From Cenarchaeum sp. (GTDB lineage: Archaea > Thermoproteota > Nitrososphaeria > Nitrososphaerales > Nitrosopumilaceae): DNA of 64,000 bases. Location of the stretch: the NCBI GenBank assembly GCA_965242695.1, contig CBDESU010000001.1, positions 1,312,001 to 1,376,000 on the forward strand. The letters are read 5' to 3'. Below the pieces are notes generated by a model. It worked only from the letters and a program-made list of their open reading frames with translations. It searched no databases and was not told the origin of the DNA. The position numbers and the translations under genes are program-made. This document shows positions 55,678-64,000 of the stretch, piece by piece; positions within the stretch are counted from its first letter, which is position 1; each line of letters begins with the position of its first letter.

Positions 55678-56142
55678 CTACCCCCTGTACCGGCGCATCG
55701 TGAACGGCAGCATGCCGAGCCACGGCATCTCCTCGAAGAAGAGCCGGAGCATGTTGGAGACCGACCTTGTGTCGGCCCTGGCGCCCCAGTAGTAGCCGTC
55801 CCATTCCGTCCCGGCGTTTATCGGCACGTCGGCGTACCACAGGTCGTCCCCGAGCCGTATGAACTGGACGTTGTCGCCGTTGGCCCCGTTCTCAAAGCCG
55901 ATGAACCTGTACCATCCCGTGGCGACCGGGAGGCCCTCCATCTCGCGCATTGCGCCGAGATAGTCTATCGGCACGCCGCGCACGTGCCTGTCGTCGACGC
56001 ACTTGTAGTACGTGATGGACTGGTGCCTTTCCCCCTGTTCCGCCGCGGCGTCGCCGGCGCGGGCATCCTCCCGGTCCAGCGCCAGGGCGGCCCGCTGGCG
56101 CGGCGCGGGCGGCGGGGCAGGTCTGGGGTGATAAGGCATCAT
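55678..56142 (-). CDS. Hypothetical protein; start uncertain
   Basis: Aromatic-rich globular core (FIGFENG..VQFIR..WYADVPI..LRLFFEE); TTTTAT box near 56165-56170. Confidence 0.6.
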   Translation of the reverse strand: MMPYHPRPAPPPAPRQRAALALDREDARAGDAAAEQGERHQSITYYKCVDDRHVRGVPIDYLGAMREMEGLPVATGWYRFIGFENGANGDNVQFIRLGDDLWYADVPINAGTEWDGYYWGARADTRSVSNMLRLFFEEMPWLGMLPFTMRRYRG

Positions 56143-56274
56143 GGCGGGCGGCCCATGCGCCTGCATAAAAGGCGTTCGGTCGGGCCGCGGTCGAGATGTG
56201 TGCGGGCACAGGGCGGTGCGGGCCGGATCGGCGCGCAGGATGCACAGCCGCGACCGAGCCGGCCTCGGGCCAAG

Positions 56275-56709
56275 CTATGAGAGTGTCGGTGCGCAGGGCG
56301 CAGGCGTGCTTTCCCTCGCCTCGATCTCGGCGCGCGCCACGCCCACTATTCGCTCGGCCCACCCTAGCGCCTGGGCGGCCTGGCGGGCCGTCATCATTGT
56401 GATCTCGTACTCGGCGGGGACCTTCATGGCCAGGAGCGAGCGGTACTGCCTCTCCAGGCCCGCGCGATCCCGGCCGGCAAGGACGGATCGGGCCAGCTCG
56501 GGGTCGTCGATGGGATGCCTAGCAGACCGCTTGCCGGCGCGCAGGACGGTCATTGCGTCAACGGCGCGGATTGCGCTGTCCGTGCAGTTGGACACGGCGA
56601 TGCTGTAGGCCTTCCTGCCGGCGGCGATCCTGGCCATGTCCAGGTATTCCCGGGCCAGCCTGAAAAAGCCGCCGTGCTCGTGGCTCGGGACGTCCCAGAT
56701 CTTCGTCAT
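56275..56709 (-). CDS. HEPN-domain protein
   Basis: AREYLDMA..AVSNCTDSAIRAVDA..H..K..AEY..A..AL..AE..V helical pattern; coupled to MNT. Confidence 0.75.
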   Translation of the reverse strand: MTKIWDVPSHEHGGFFRLAREYLDMARIAAGRKAYSIAVSNCTDSAIRAVDAMTVLRAGKRSARHPIDDPELARSVLAGRDRAGLERQYRSLLAMKVPAEYEITMMTARQAAQALGWAERIVGVARAEIEARESTPAPCAPTLS

Positions 56710-57311
56710 AGGCTCCTCAAGTCCTTTCCATAGACCATGACGTATCGCTCCAGCACGGATGCCAAAAAATACTCGTCTTTTTGCTCTGCAAACTGCTCGG
56801 TGGTGTAGACCATCGGCTCGAGAGAAAGATTGAAGATGCTGTAAATGTCACGGGCCGGCCGCATTGTAGCCTCAATCGCATCCTCGTATTTGTCCGACAC
56901 CACGAGCAGGCCGACGTCGCTGCGGTCGTGGTCCTCGCCCCGCACGGTGCTGCCGAACACGGCGGCCGACGTGATCGAGCGCGGGTTCCTGGCAAGATCC
57001 CGCCTGAGGACGCCGAGCATCGCGTCGTACGCCGACTCCTCGGCCCTGATGGCGGGGGCGAGCACCCTCTTGAGGGCATAGCTCTTCATGTTGGGCCGGA
57101 CCATGTGGGAGCGTCCGTCGTACGCGACGGTGACGATCCCGCGGTCCTCCAGGCGGTGCACGGCGCGGGCCGTCGTGGCCACCGCCCTTCCAGAAATCTT
57201 GGCAAGTCCTCTCACTGTGTGCCCCGCGTACGGGTTCCTGACGAGATGCCTGACGAGATCCGTCGATGCGCCGTCGGCAAGCAGCTCGCCCAGGTAGCCG
57301 TGCAGCCTCAC
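56706..57311 (-). CDS. HTH + minimal nucleotidyltransferase (MNT) antitoxin-like protein
   Basis: N-terminal wHTH and VFGSTVRGEDHDRSDVGLLVV. Confidence 0.85.
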   Translation of the reverse strand: MRLHGYLGELLADGASTDLVRHLVRNPYAGHTVRGLAKISGRAVATTARAVHRLEDRGIVTVAYDGRSHMVRPNMKSYALKRVLAPAIRAEESAYDAMLGVLRRDLARNPRSITSAAVFGSTVRGEDHDRSDVGLLVVSDKYEDAIEATMRPARDIYSIFNLSLEPMVYTTEQFAEQKDEYFLASVLERYVMVYGKDLRSL

Positions 57312-57335
57312 GGCGCGTCCCGCTGTTGAGACATG

Positions 57336-58430
57336 TTAAGTCTTCCCTGTCCCGGTCGGCCGCCGGACGGCGCCTTGGCAGGTCCCGCGCGGCGGCGCCG
57401 GCAGCCCGTTCCGCCGCATCAGGCCGCCTTGTCGCAGGATGCGCGCCCCGCAGGCCCCGCTTGCCGCCTCCCGCGCGCGGCGCGCCGCCGGACGCCGCCG
57501 CCGCGCCGCTCCCCCTCGCCGCTCCGCGCCGAATCCGCCGGCCTCCAAGAAGCCGAGCATGCGCCTCACGGACAGGACGTCGTCGCGGTTGCACTCTGGG
57601 ACGGACGGATCGATCGGGGTCCCGTCGGCGACGTGCCTCTCGAACGCGAGCGCCGCGTCCAGCCCGTCCATGCCCGAGTGTGCAAACCCGTACCCGAGGA
57701 CGGACCCGAGCGTCCTGAGCGCGTACGTCGGGCAGGGCACGTCAAGGGCCCGCCGGACAAGCGAGCATGCGTCGATGTGCCGCATCGATGCGAACGCGCC
57801 CTGGCCGATGCCGTGCCGGTCGAACGCCGCCCCCGTCACCCTCCTGTCAAAGCCCGTGCCCGAGTAGCCGACGAGCGCCGAGCACCCGCCCGACTTGATC
57901 GAGTCGAGGCATTCCGCAAACTCGGAGAGCAAGAGCCGCTCGCCGCGCTCGCCGCGGCGGCGGGCCGCCGACCACCCGGCGCCCCGGTCCCCGGCATCCG
58001 CCATGAACTGCTCGATGCCGCCGCGGCGCAGCACGCCGATCATCCAGGCCGTCCGGGACATCGTGTCCGTCTCGATGTCGAATACGGCCATCTCCTCGTC
58101 CGGCGGCAGGATCGTGCGGGACCGCCGTATGACGCGGTTCTCGACGGGCGAGCGAGCCTTTGTCCTGCTGCGCTCGATGAACGGCACGGGCAGCCCCGAC
58201 AGGGAGGCTGCGGCCCGCACGTCGGGCACGCGGGCCATGTCGTCGACCGTGCGGATGTCGGCCCTGTGCAGGCCGTACTCGCGCGAATAGCCGACCCCGT
58301 GCAGCCGCGCGACGGGCCACGAGCCGGGCGATTCGCAGGTCCCGAGCGGCCGCGCCGGGAACGGGCGGCTGCCGTCCGGCGGCGCCCTTGCCGTAAGCCG
58401 GACGATGCGCGCAGGGGGGCCGTCGTCCTC
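57336..58430 (-). CDS. RNase H-like (YprB/RNase_H_2) exonuclease with HhH motif; 5' end lacks a canonical start
   Basis: VFDIET, GYSGTGFD, IDAC, YALR, CNRDDV; in-frame upstream LHGVG..IRTVDDMA; in-frame TAG at 58434. Confidence 0.65.
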   Translation of the reverse strand, partial: EDDGPPARIVRLTARAPPDGSRPFPARPLGTCESPGSWPVARLHGVGYSREYGLHRADIRTVDDMARVPDVRAAASLSGLPVPFIERSRTKARSPVENRVIRRSRTILPPDEEMAVFDIETDTMSRTAWMIGVLRRGGIEQFMADAGDRGAGWSAARRRGERGERLLLSEFAECLDSIKSGGCSALVGYSGTGFDRRVTGAAFDRHGIGQGAFASMRHIDACSLVRRALDVPCPTYALRTLGSVLGYGFAHSGMDGLDAALAFERHVADGTPIDPSVPECNRDDVLSVRRMLGFLEAGGFGAERRGGAARRRRPAARRAREAASGACGARILRQGGLMRRNGLPAPPRGTCQGAVRRPTGTGKT

Positions 58431-58833
58431 ACTCTACGGGGCCCTCGCCACATGCGCCTTGCGCCCCGCTCGGCCCCGACGCCCGGGCTGGGCGCGCATC
58501 GGCGGGCCCGCCTCTGCCCCCATGGGCGGCGACCAGTCCCTGCGCGCCCCGCCCTTGTCATGCGCGGCGTCTGCCCGTACTGCCGCCGGCCGCGGGACGC
58601 CCTTGTGTTGGGACTGCCTGCGGGTCGCCGACCGGACCGGGCGCCTTCGTGCTGCGCCGCGGCGCCCCGGGCGGGCCCCGCTCGGGCTGGCTCCCCCGCC
58701 GCGGCGACGCGGCGGCTGGCATTTGCAGCACGGCATCCGCCACAAAGGAGGCCCCTTCGCCCGGCCCCGCATGCGTGCCGGATGCTGCATTGGGACTCCC
58801 CGTCGTGCGCGCCTTGACGGCATCGGCGAATGC

Positions 58834-59055
58834 CTATGTACGGGACGCAGGCCCGAGCGCCTCGATCGCCGCCCCGGACTCGTCGTACCCCTTTTCCGTA
58901 AAGAGGCCGTACCCGCACATGCCGCAGACAATGCCGTCAAATGCTCCCAGCCTGCGGCCCTTGTAGTGGAACGGCAGCAGGCCCGGCTCGAGGGGGCGCC
59001 TGCAGTCCGGGCAGCCGAGCTTTCCCGACTCCATCTCTATTGGAACCTTGTCCAC
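58834..59055 (-). CDS. Small zinc-ribbon (YgiT-type) protein
   Basis: CPDC..FDGIVCGMCGYGLFT; TTATA box upstream. Confidence 0.65.
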   Translation of the reverse strand: MDKVPIEMESGKLGCPDCRRPLEPGLLPFHYKGRRLGAFDGIVCGMCGYGLFTEKGYDESGAAIEALGPASRT

Positions 59056-59648
59056 GGGCGGGGATCCACTCCGCACAGTATAACGCTTTCCTCCAGCCAT
59101 CCAGCCGGCGGGGCGCAGCGGCCCCGCGCACTGCGCGGGCGGCCGCGCGCCGGGCCGCCCCGCGGGCCTAGCCGGCAATGGCTGGGGCGCCGCGCAACTG
59201 CCGCCGCCGCTGCCGGCATCCAAGAGCGTCAAGCAGGCGCCTCGGCCATCCACGGTGCGGCTCGACGGCGGCAGTGCCGGGCGCACCGCCGGCGGCGCAT
59301 GCGCTTGCCGACATGTCGGCGCTCGCGCCAGGCAGCACGCGGATTTCGCCGGTGTCGCTGCCATGGGCAGCCAGGGTTGCGCAGCGGCCGGTTTTGACAG
59401 CGTCAAGTCCGGCGCCGGTGCGGCCGCGCCGGGATCGGGCAGGCCGCATGCGCCGGCCGGCGGCGCGCTCATATGCCCGCCCATGGACCCGCGCCCCGAT
59501 GGACGCGAAAGGCACGCCCATGGACCCGCCCGCGGAAGGGCGGCAGGGTCACATCTTCCTCGGACCCGGCCCGTTTCCGAGCGCGGCGCGGGGCCGCCTC
59601 GCCTTTGACCCGGCCGGGAACCCCTGCGCCACGGGCGGCACCCATGCG

Positions 59649-59972
59649 ATGCGGATCGCAGACGGCAAGGTCGACCGCGTCATTGCCACGGGGCCGGAGG
59701 GAGCCGCGCTGTCCGGGTCTCGGCCCGCAGGCCGCACGGTGATGCGAGCCTGCAACCAGGACGGCGGCGCAGGGATTGCGGTGCGGGCCCGCAGGCCGGT
59801 TCGCACCCGCACGGTGGGCGGGCAGGAGCAGATAGTGTACAGGACGTCCGAGATGGACGGGGGCAGGCTCTGCGCCGCAGAGCTGGACGGCGAGCACTAC
59901 GCCCTGCGAAAGTCCGGCCCGAACGTAGAGGTGTTCAAGTTCATGCCAGACGGCGATGTTGGCGGCGACTAG
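59649..59972 (+). CDS. Hypothetical protein; start uncertain
   Basis: Beta-rich C-terminal segment IVYRTSEM..ELDGEHYALRK..VEVFKF. Confidence 0.45.
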   Translation: MRIADGKVDRVIATGPEGAALSGSRPAGRTVMRACNQDGGAGIAVRARRPVRTRTVGGQEQIVYRTSEMDGGRLCAAELDGEHYALRKSGPNVEVFKFMPDGDVGGD

Positions 59973-60246
59973 GGCGCGGGCGCGGCGGGCCCCGCAGGGG
60001 GCGCGCGTGAAAAGATCGAGGGCGTGATCGCCCTTGGGACAGGCGCGGCTGCTGCGACGATGTCCTGGAGCCGCTGCGCCGTAGCGCACTGGCGCGCCCG
60101 ACCATCCCCCGGCCGCACCTTGCTCCCGCGGGAATCGCATCGGGCCACCAAGCCGGCGGGAATCCGTCCCGCCCGCTCGGCCCTCCCGCCCAGCCGGGAC
60201 GCCGCCCTTGAAGCCGTGTCAGCATGAAAAAAAAAGGGGCATTGCA

Positions 60247-60369
60247 CTACTCGCCCTCGTGCAGCGCCTTTATGGCCGACTCCACGTTGGGGTACGTGGC
60301 GGCGATCTCGATCCGCTCGCCGTCGATGTAGACGACGTCCTCGACATCCTCGCTAGCGGTGTTTCCCAT
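60247..60369 (-). CDS. Small protein (40 aa), not in the ORF track
   Basis: MGNTASEDVEDVVYIDGERIEIAATYPNVESAIKALHEGE; AT-rich box upstream and T-run terminator downstream. Confidence 0.5.
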   Translation of the reverse strand: MGNTASEDVEDVVYIDGERIEIAATYPNVESAIKALHEGE

Positions 60370-60605
60370 GCGAGTGGTGGATCCGCCCCTCGCATATTAG
60401 TCCTGCCGTCGCCCGCCGGCGGGGCTGTCCCCGCGGCCTGCGGCGCGCGGCGGCGCGGCGTTCCCCGTTCGGGGCCGGCCGCGGCCGTGCGCCCGCGCTT
60501 TGGGCAGGGCGCCGCCCCGCCCCGGCCGACGCGGGAGTAGGGCTGGGCCCCGACTCCCGCCCCGCGCGGGCAACGCTCATATCCCACCGCAGCCGCGCAC
60601 GGCCC

Positions 60606-61037
60606 GTGGAAGCGGGCGGGCACGAGGCCGATCCAGCGCGGCAGGGGGCGTTCTGCACCAACGCCTATGCCGACTGCACGTTCATCGGGGCGGCGGCCTA
60701 TCCGGCGAGCACGGACGACGGACCCGCAGTCAGGCTGCCCCCCGCGGGCGAGCGCAACGGCGGCGAGGCCACGACGGCGCACGTTGCACCATTCGTCCGG
60801 CCCATTCCCACGAGGGTCATCACCATCAGGGACAAGAACCTAAAAACCTCGTACATCGACAACCTGATGCGCAGCAAGGGCCTGGACGAGCGGGCGATCG
60901 CAAAGGTCAGGTCGTCGGTCCGGCTGTACATCGACTCGTTCGTAAAGGAGAAGGGCGTGGAACTTGACGAGGGGGCCTACGCCGTGCTGACCAACCTGAT
61001 AATATACCTCGTGGAGGAATCCTCAAAGGACGAGTGA
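60606..61037 (+). CDS. Hypothetical protein
   Basis: C-terminal helical segment YIDNLMRSKGL..VRLYIDSF..AVLTNLIIYLVE. Confidence 0.55.
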   Translation: MEAGGHEADPARQGAFCTNAYADCTFIGAAAYPASTDDGPAVRLPPAGERNGGEATTAHVAPFVRPIPTRVITIRDKNLKTSYIDNLMRSKGLDERAIAKVRSSVRLYIDSFVKEKGVELDEGAYAVLTNLIIYLVEESSKDE

Positions 61038-61051
61038 TGCTGCCGCGGGGC

Positions 61052-61290
61052 CGCCCGGCGCCGGCCCTGCAGGGATCGAAAGGGTGTACGCGGGCAGGGT
61101 GTGCGGGGGCGCGGCAGGGAAAGGGCGGAAGGGGCGGGGGCGCGGCAGAGGGATGCGGGGGCGATCCCGCGATCCCGCCAAAGGCAGACCCGCGCGAGAC
61201 GTGCAAGAGTGCTCGGACGGAATATCCGCGGCTGCAATGCCGGAGATGGCGGGGAGGGGTGGCATCGGAGGCGGGCGCGGGCCGGTTCGG
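61052..61290 (+). pseudogene. Degenerate 3' half of the PIN-partner family gene
   Basis: gggatcgaaagggtgtac..gatcccgc..ccgccaaaggca..gacggaatatcc resembles 61880-62050, with frameshifts. Confidence 0.65.
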
Positions 61291-61387
61291 GTCGGCGAGG
61301 GCGGCGGGCGGCCGAGGCGCGTCGGTCCAGATATCGCCCGATCGGCGCGCAGAACCGCTCATATGGGACACAAATGCCTCCCGCGCC

Positions 61388-62125
61388 GTGCAGGTTACAA
61401 GGCAGGAGCGGCAGACGGGTCATGCAGCGCGGGGGAGCGGCGGCAGGCTGGCTGGCGCGGCAGGCGCTGCCGACGGCGTCGCCGAGTTCAGGGAGATGTT
61501 CGTCTCGCTGGTCGATCCGGCCGGCCTGCTCTACATGGAGGCATGCCGCAGAATGGCCGGCAGGATGGAAGAGGCGGCGTCAAGATCTGGATACGCGGCC
61601 GGCGCCGGGATGGCGTCCATACTGTCCGACATGTTTGCCGCCACGGACGACATTGCGGGCAGGCCCGTCGAGGATGGATCGCTGGGCCACACCCACCTCG
61701 CGCGCAGGTCAATGATGGGCGTCCTGTACGAAACTGCAGAGGCGTACAGGGACGGCAGGGACGCCGAGCCGGTAGGCAAGCTGGAGGATGCAAGGGGCGC
61801 GATCGAGAGCCAGAGGGCCAGGGCCAACAGGCGCCGCGAGCAGCTGAGGGCAGCAGGCGGACCGCCCGGCGCCGGCCTTCCCGGGATCGAAAGGGTGTAC
61901 GTGGGCAGGGTGTGCAGGGACGTGGTAAGGAAGGAGCAGGAAGAGGTGCGCGCGAGGGAACGGGACAGGGGTCACGATCCCGTCTTCCCGCCGAAGCCAA
62001 AGACGCCGCGCGAGATGTGCGGAGAGTGCGCGGATGGAATATCCACGACCTCGATACTAGAGATGACGAGGGGCGACATCCCCGACGGGTACGAGCTGGT
62101 GCGGGTCGGCGAGGGCGGCGGGTAG
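61388..62125 (+). CDS. Uncharacterised PIN-partner family protein, copy C
   Basis: Paralog of 41264..41992 with the same GTG CAG GT start context. Confidence 0.8.
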   Translation: MQVTRQERQTGHAARGSGGRLAGAAGAADGVAEFREMFVSLVDPAGLLYMEACRRMAGRMEEAASRSGYAAGAGMASILSDMFAATDDIAGRPVEDGSLGHTHLARRSMMGVLYETAEAYRDGRDAEPVGKLEDARGAIESQRARANRRREQLRAAGGPPGAGLPGIERVYVGRVCRDVVRKEQEEVRARERDRGHDPVFPPKPKTPREMCGECADGISTTSILEMTRGDIPDGYELVRVGEGGG

Positions 62126-62126
62126 C

Positions 62127-62396
62127 ATGGCCAGGGCCGTCAACGCCGCGGCCGGAAAATGCGGGGCAGATCGTCGGGCTGGAAATGGAGACGGACAGCG
62201 GCGTCGAGGTTGCGTACATGCACCTGGACAGCGGCATGCCCGCGGCGCTGGCCGACCCGGACGACATACACCACGACGGCGCGGTTGGGGGGCGCTCCAC
62301 GCGATCGTGAAGGGCGGGATCATGGCGATCACCTCGCGGCTGGCAGCCATGGAGGCGTCGCCGCCGCCCGCAAGAAGGCCGCAAGGTCGCACAAGT
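62127..62396 (+). pseudogene. Frameshifted, truncated PIN gene
   Basis: MHLDSGMPAALADPDDIHH and KKAARSHK match 41989..42657; the match stops at the IS end. Confidence 0.75.
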
Positions 62397-62470
62397 CAGA
62401 AGTTAAAAATGTACTCTGCCGGGCGCCCAATACGGCCGGCAGATGGCGATCGCGGCATCGGCGCGGCCGT
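62397..62470 (+). mobile_element. Orphan left end of the 12032..13687 ISH3 element
   Basis: CAGAAGTTAAAAATGTACTCTGCCGGGCGCC..GATCGCGGCATCGGCGCGGCCG matches 12032-12124. Confidence 0.85.
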
Positions 62471-62483
62471 GCCGACAAAAGCG

Positions 62484-63911
62484 TTACCCGGTGCTTCCAG
62501 AGAACCCAAAGATGTCGTCAAACGTCATCAAGGCGATTTCCACGTTGTCGTCCGCCCCTATTCTGGCGACCTCGTTGAAGGCCCCCGCGGTGAAACTTCG
62601 AGCCACGATGATTCCCTTGCTCTTCTTGCTCCTTCTCACGGCCGCCAGGAACTTGTCTATCTCTTGGCGCCCCACACTCGCCCGCCATCGCTTCACCTGG
62701 ATCGGCACGGTCATCAGGTCTTTCCACCCGTCTATCCCCATGTCTCCCGTCTTTCTGGGATTGACCGTCCCGCCCAGCTTTTCGACTATAACCAGCCTGG
62801 CAAACTCGTGTGGATCCATCGCCTCGAGCTCCTCTCTGCTTTCGCATCCAACGACCCTTGCCGCGCCGAGGCGACCCGCCATAACATCGCATGCCGCCCT
62901 AGATATGTCAATCCCGATCCACTTGCGTCCGAGCCGCTGCGATGACCTGAGGGTTGTGCCGCAGCCGCAGAACGGATCCAGCACGACGTCGCCCTGACGA
63001 GTGGTCGACTTTATGATCTTGTCCAGTATGGCCTCCGGCTTTTGGGTCGGGTGGCCTGTCTTTTCGTCGCTTGGCGGGTTGTACTTCATTATGTCTGTCC
63101 ACACATCCGGAGGAGACTTGCCAAGTGGATTAATGGCGCTCTTGCGCTTCCTGTTGAGCTTTTCCCCGTCCCTGCCCATCCCGCGCGAGTAGACAAGCCT
63201 CCCATCGTCGTCGCGTACAGCCTGCTCGAGGAGCTTTTCGCTGTACGGCTGCCTTACCTGATCCTTGTCAAAATAGTACTTCTCCGACTTGGTGTACCAA
63301 AGGATCGTCTCATGGCTCTTTTCGTACTTTTTGGCGTTCCCTCCAATCGTGTTGAAGTGCCATATGATCTCGTTCTTGAAGTTGTCATACCCGAACACCT
63401 CGTCAAGCATGGCCTTGAGGTAGTGCGACGCATGCCAGTCGCAGTGCAGGTACAACGAGCCTGTGTCCCGCAGGACGCGCCAGCACTGGTTGAGTCTTTC
63501 CCTCATGTATGCAATATAGACATGTATGCCGTTCTTGCCTCCCCTCCACCGCTCCTCAATTGCCCTGTACTCGGCGATCACGTTCGGGTCTATGCTGTCC
63601 TGCATCTTTTCCCAGTCACTATCGGTAAAGCGAATTCGCGTCGTCTTGTCTTTGATCCATATGTCTTCATAATCCTTCTTGGAGAAGAACGGCGGATCCA
63701 TGTAGATTACGTCCACCGACCCATCTGGGAACCTGCGAGCATCGCGTAGCATGTCTAGGCAGTCGCCACAGTAGATGACACCGGTGTCGATAGGGGGGGG
63801 GCGGAGGGCCAGCGGGTTGGTCCGTACCGGCATCCTTGGCACCCGCAGGGTCTGCCTTTGCACGCCGCCTCGCCATCGCCCGACATGCGATTGCGACCCT
63901 TTTTGAACCAT
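62484..63911 (-). CDS. N6/N4 DNA methyltransferase (beta class) fused to an Mrr-like endonuclease domain
   Basis: DPPF, HPTQKP, DPFCGCGT, then DMGIDG..IQVK; visibly lower GC than the flanks. Confidence 0.9.
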   Translation of the reverse strand: MVQKGSQSHVGRWRGGVQRQTLRVPRMPVRTNPLALRPPPIDTGVIYCGDCLDMLRDARRFPDGSVDVIYMDPPFFSKKDYEDIWIKDKTTRIRFTDSDWEKMQDSIDPNVIAEYRAIEERWRGGKNGIHVYIAYMRERLNQCWRVLRDTGSLYLHCDWHASHYLKAMLDEVFGYDNFKNEIIWHFNTIGGNAKKYEKSHETILWYTKSEKYYFDKDQVRQPYSEKLLEQAVRDDDGRLVYSRGMGRDGEKLNRKRKSAINPLGKSPPDVWTDIMKYNPPSDEKTGHPTQKPEAILDKIIKSTTRQGDVVLDPFCGCGTTLRSSQRLGRKWIGIDISRAACDVMAGRLGAARVVGCESREELEAMDPHEFARLVIVEKLGGTVNPRKTGDMGIDGWKDLMTVPIQVKRWRASVGRQEIDKFLAAVRRSKKSKGIIVARSFTAGAFNEVARIGADDNVEIALMTFDDIFGFSGSTG

Positions 63912-64000
63912 GCCGGCCCTAGCAAGTCACGAGACGGGGCTGTCCCATTCGCCCTCTGGTAACCGCCGCCCACCACGCGATCCTGCGGGGCATGCCTTGC

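Noticed and set aside
15208-58436. Amber recoding (pyrrolysine) for the in-frame TAGs at 15208 and 58434
   Set aside because: TAG is the normal stop of many genes here and no pyl genes are seen; nonsense mutation is simpler

Overview
Very GC-rich archaeal DNA, most consistent with a Nitrosopumilaceae (Cenarchaeum-like, possibly sponge-symbiont) thaumarchaeon, judged from TATA boxes about 25 bp before leaderless starts and several recognisable thaumarchaeal genes. The window is mostly accessory DNA. (1) Three large secreted repeat proteins (two NHL beta-propeller proteins and a 2,796-aa Ig-like/propeller protein); two share a C-terminal domain. (2) A small RHH-type regulator with a 24-bp palindrome that recurs four times. 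(3) An 11.5-kb array of five 2.3-kb units, each a TPR + winged-helix protein coupled to a PIN nuclease, whose copies are mosaics of two-allele blocks; this is the best candidate for an undescribed system. (4) A nested stack of four IS elements (IS110 hosting IS66 and IS630, IS630 hosting ISH3), plus ISH3 and IS3 elements that split reconstructable genes. (5) More toxin-antitoxin or defence-like genes: a second PIN module, HEPN-MNT, and a methyltransferase-Mrr fusion behind an orphan IS end. A few core genes (HD hydrolase, TIGR00300, Zn-ADH, LsrF-like, NTF2-like) are interspersed. All product calls come from motif recognition by eye; no database searches were run.
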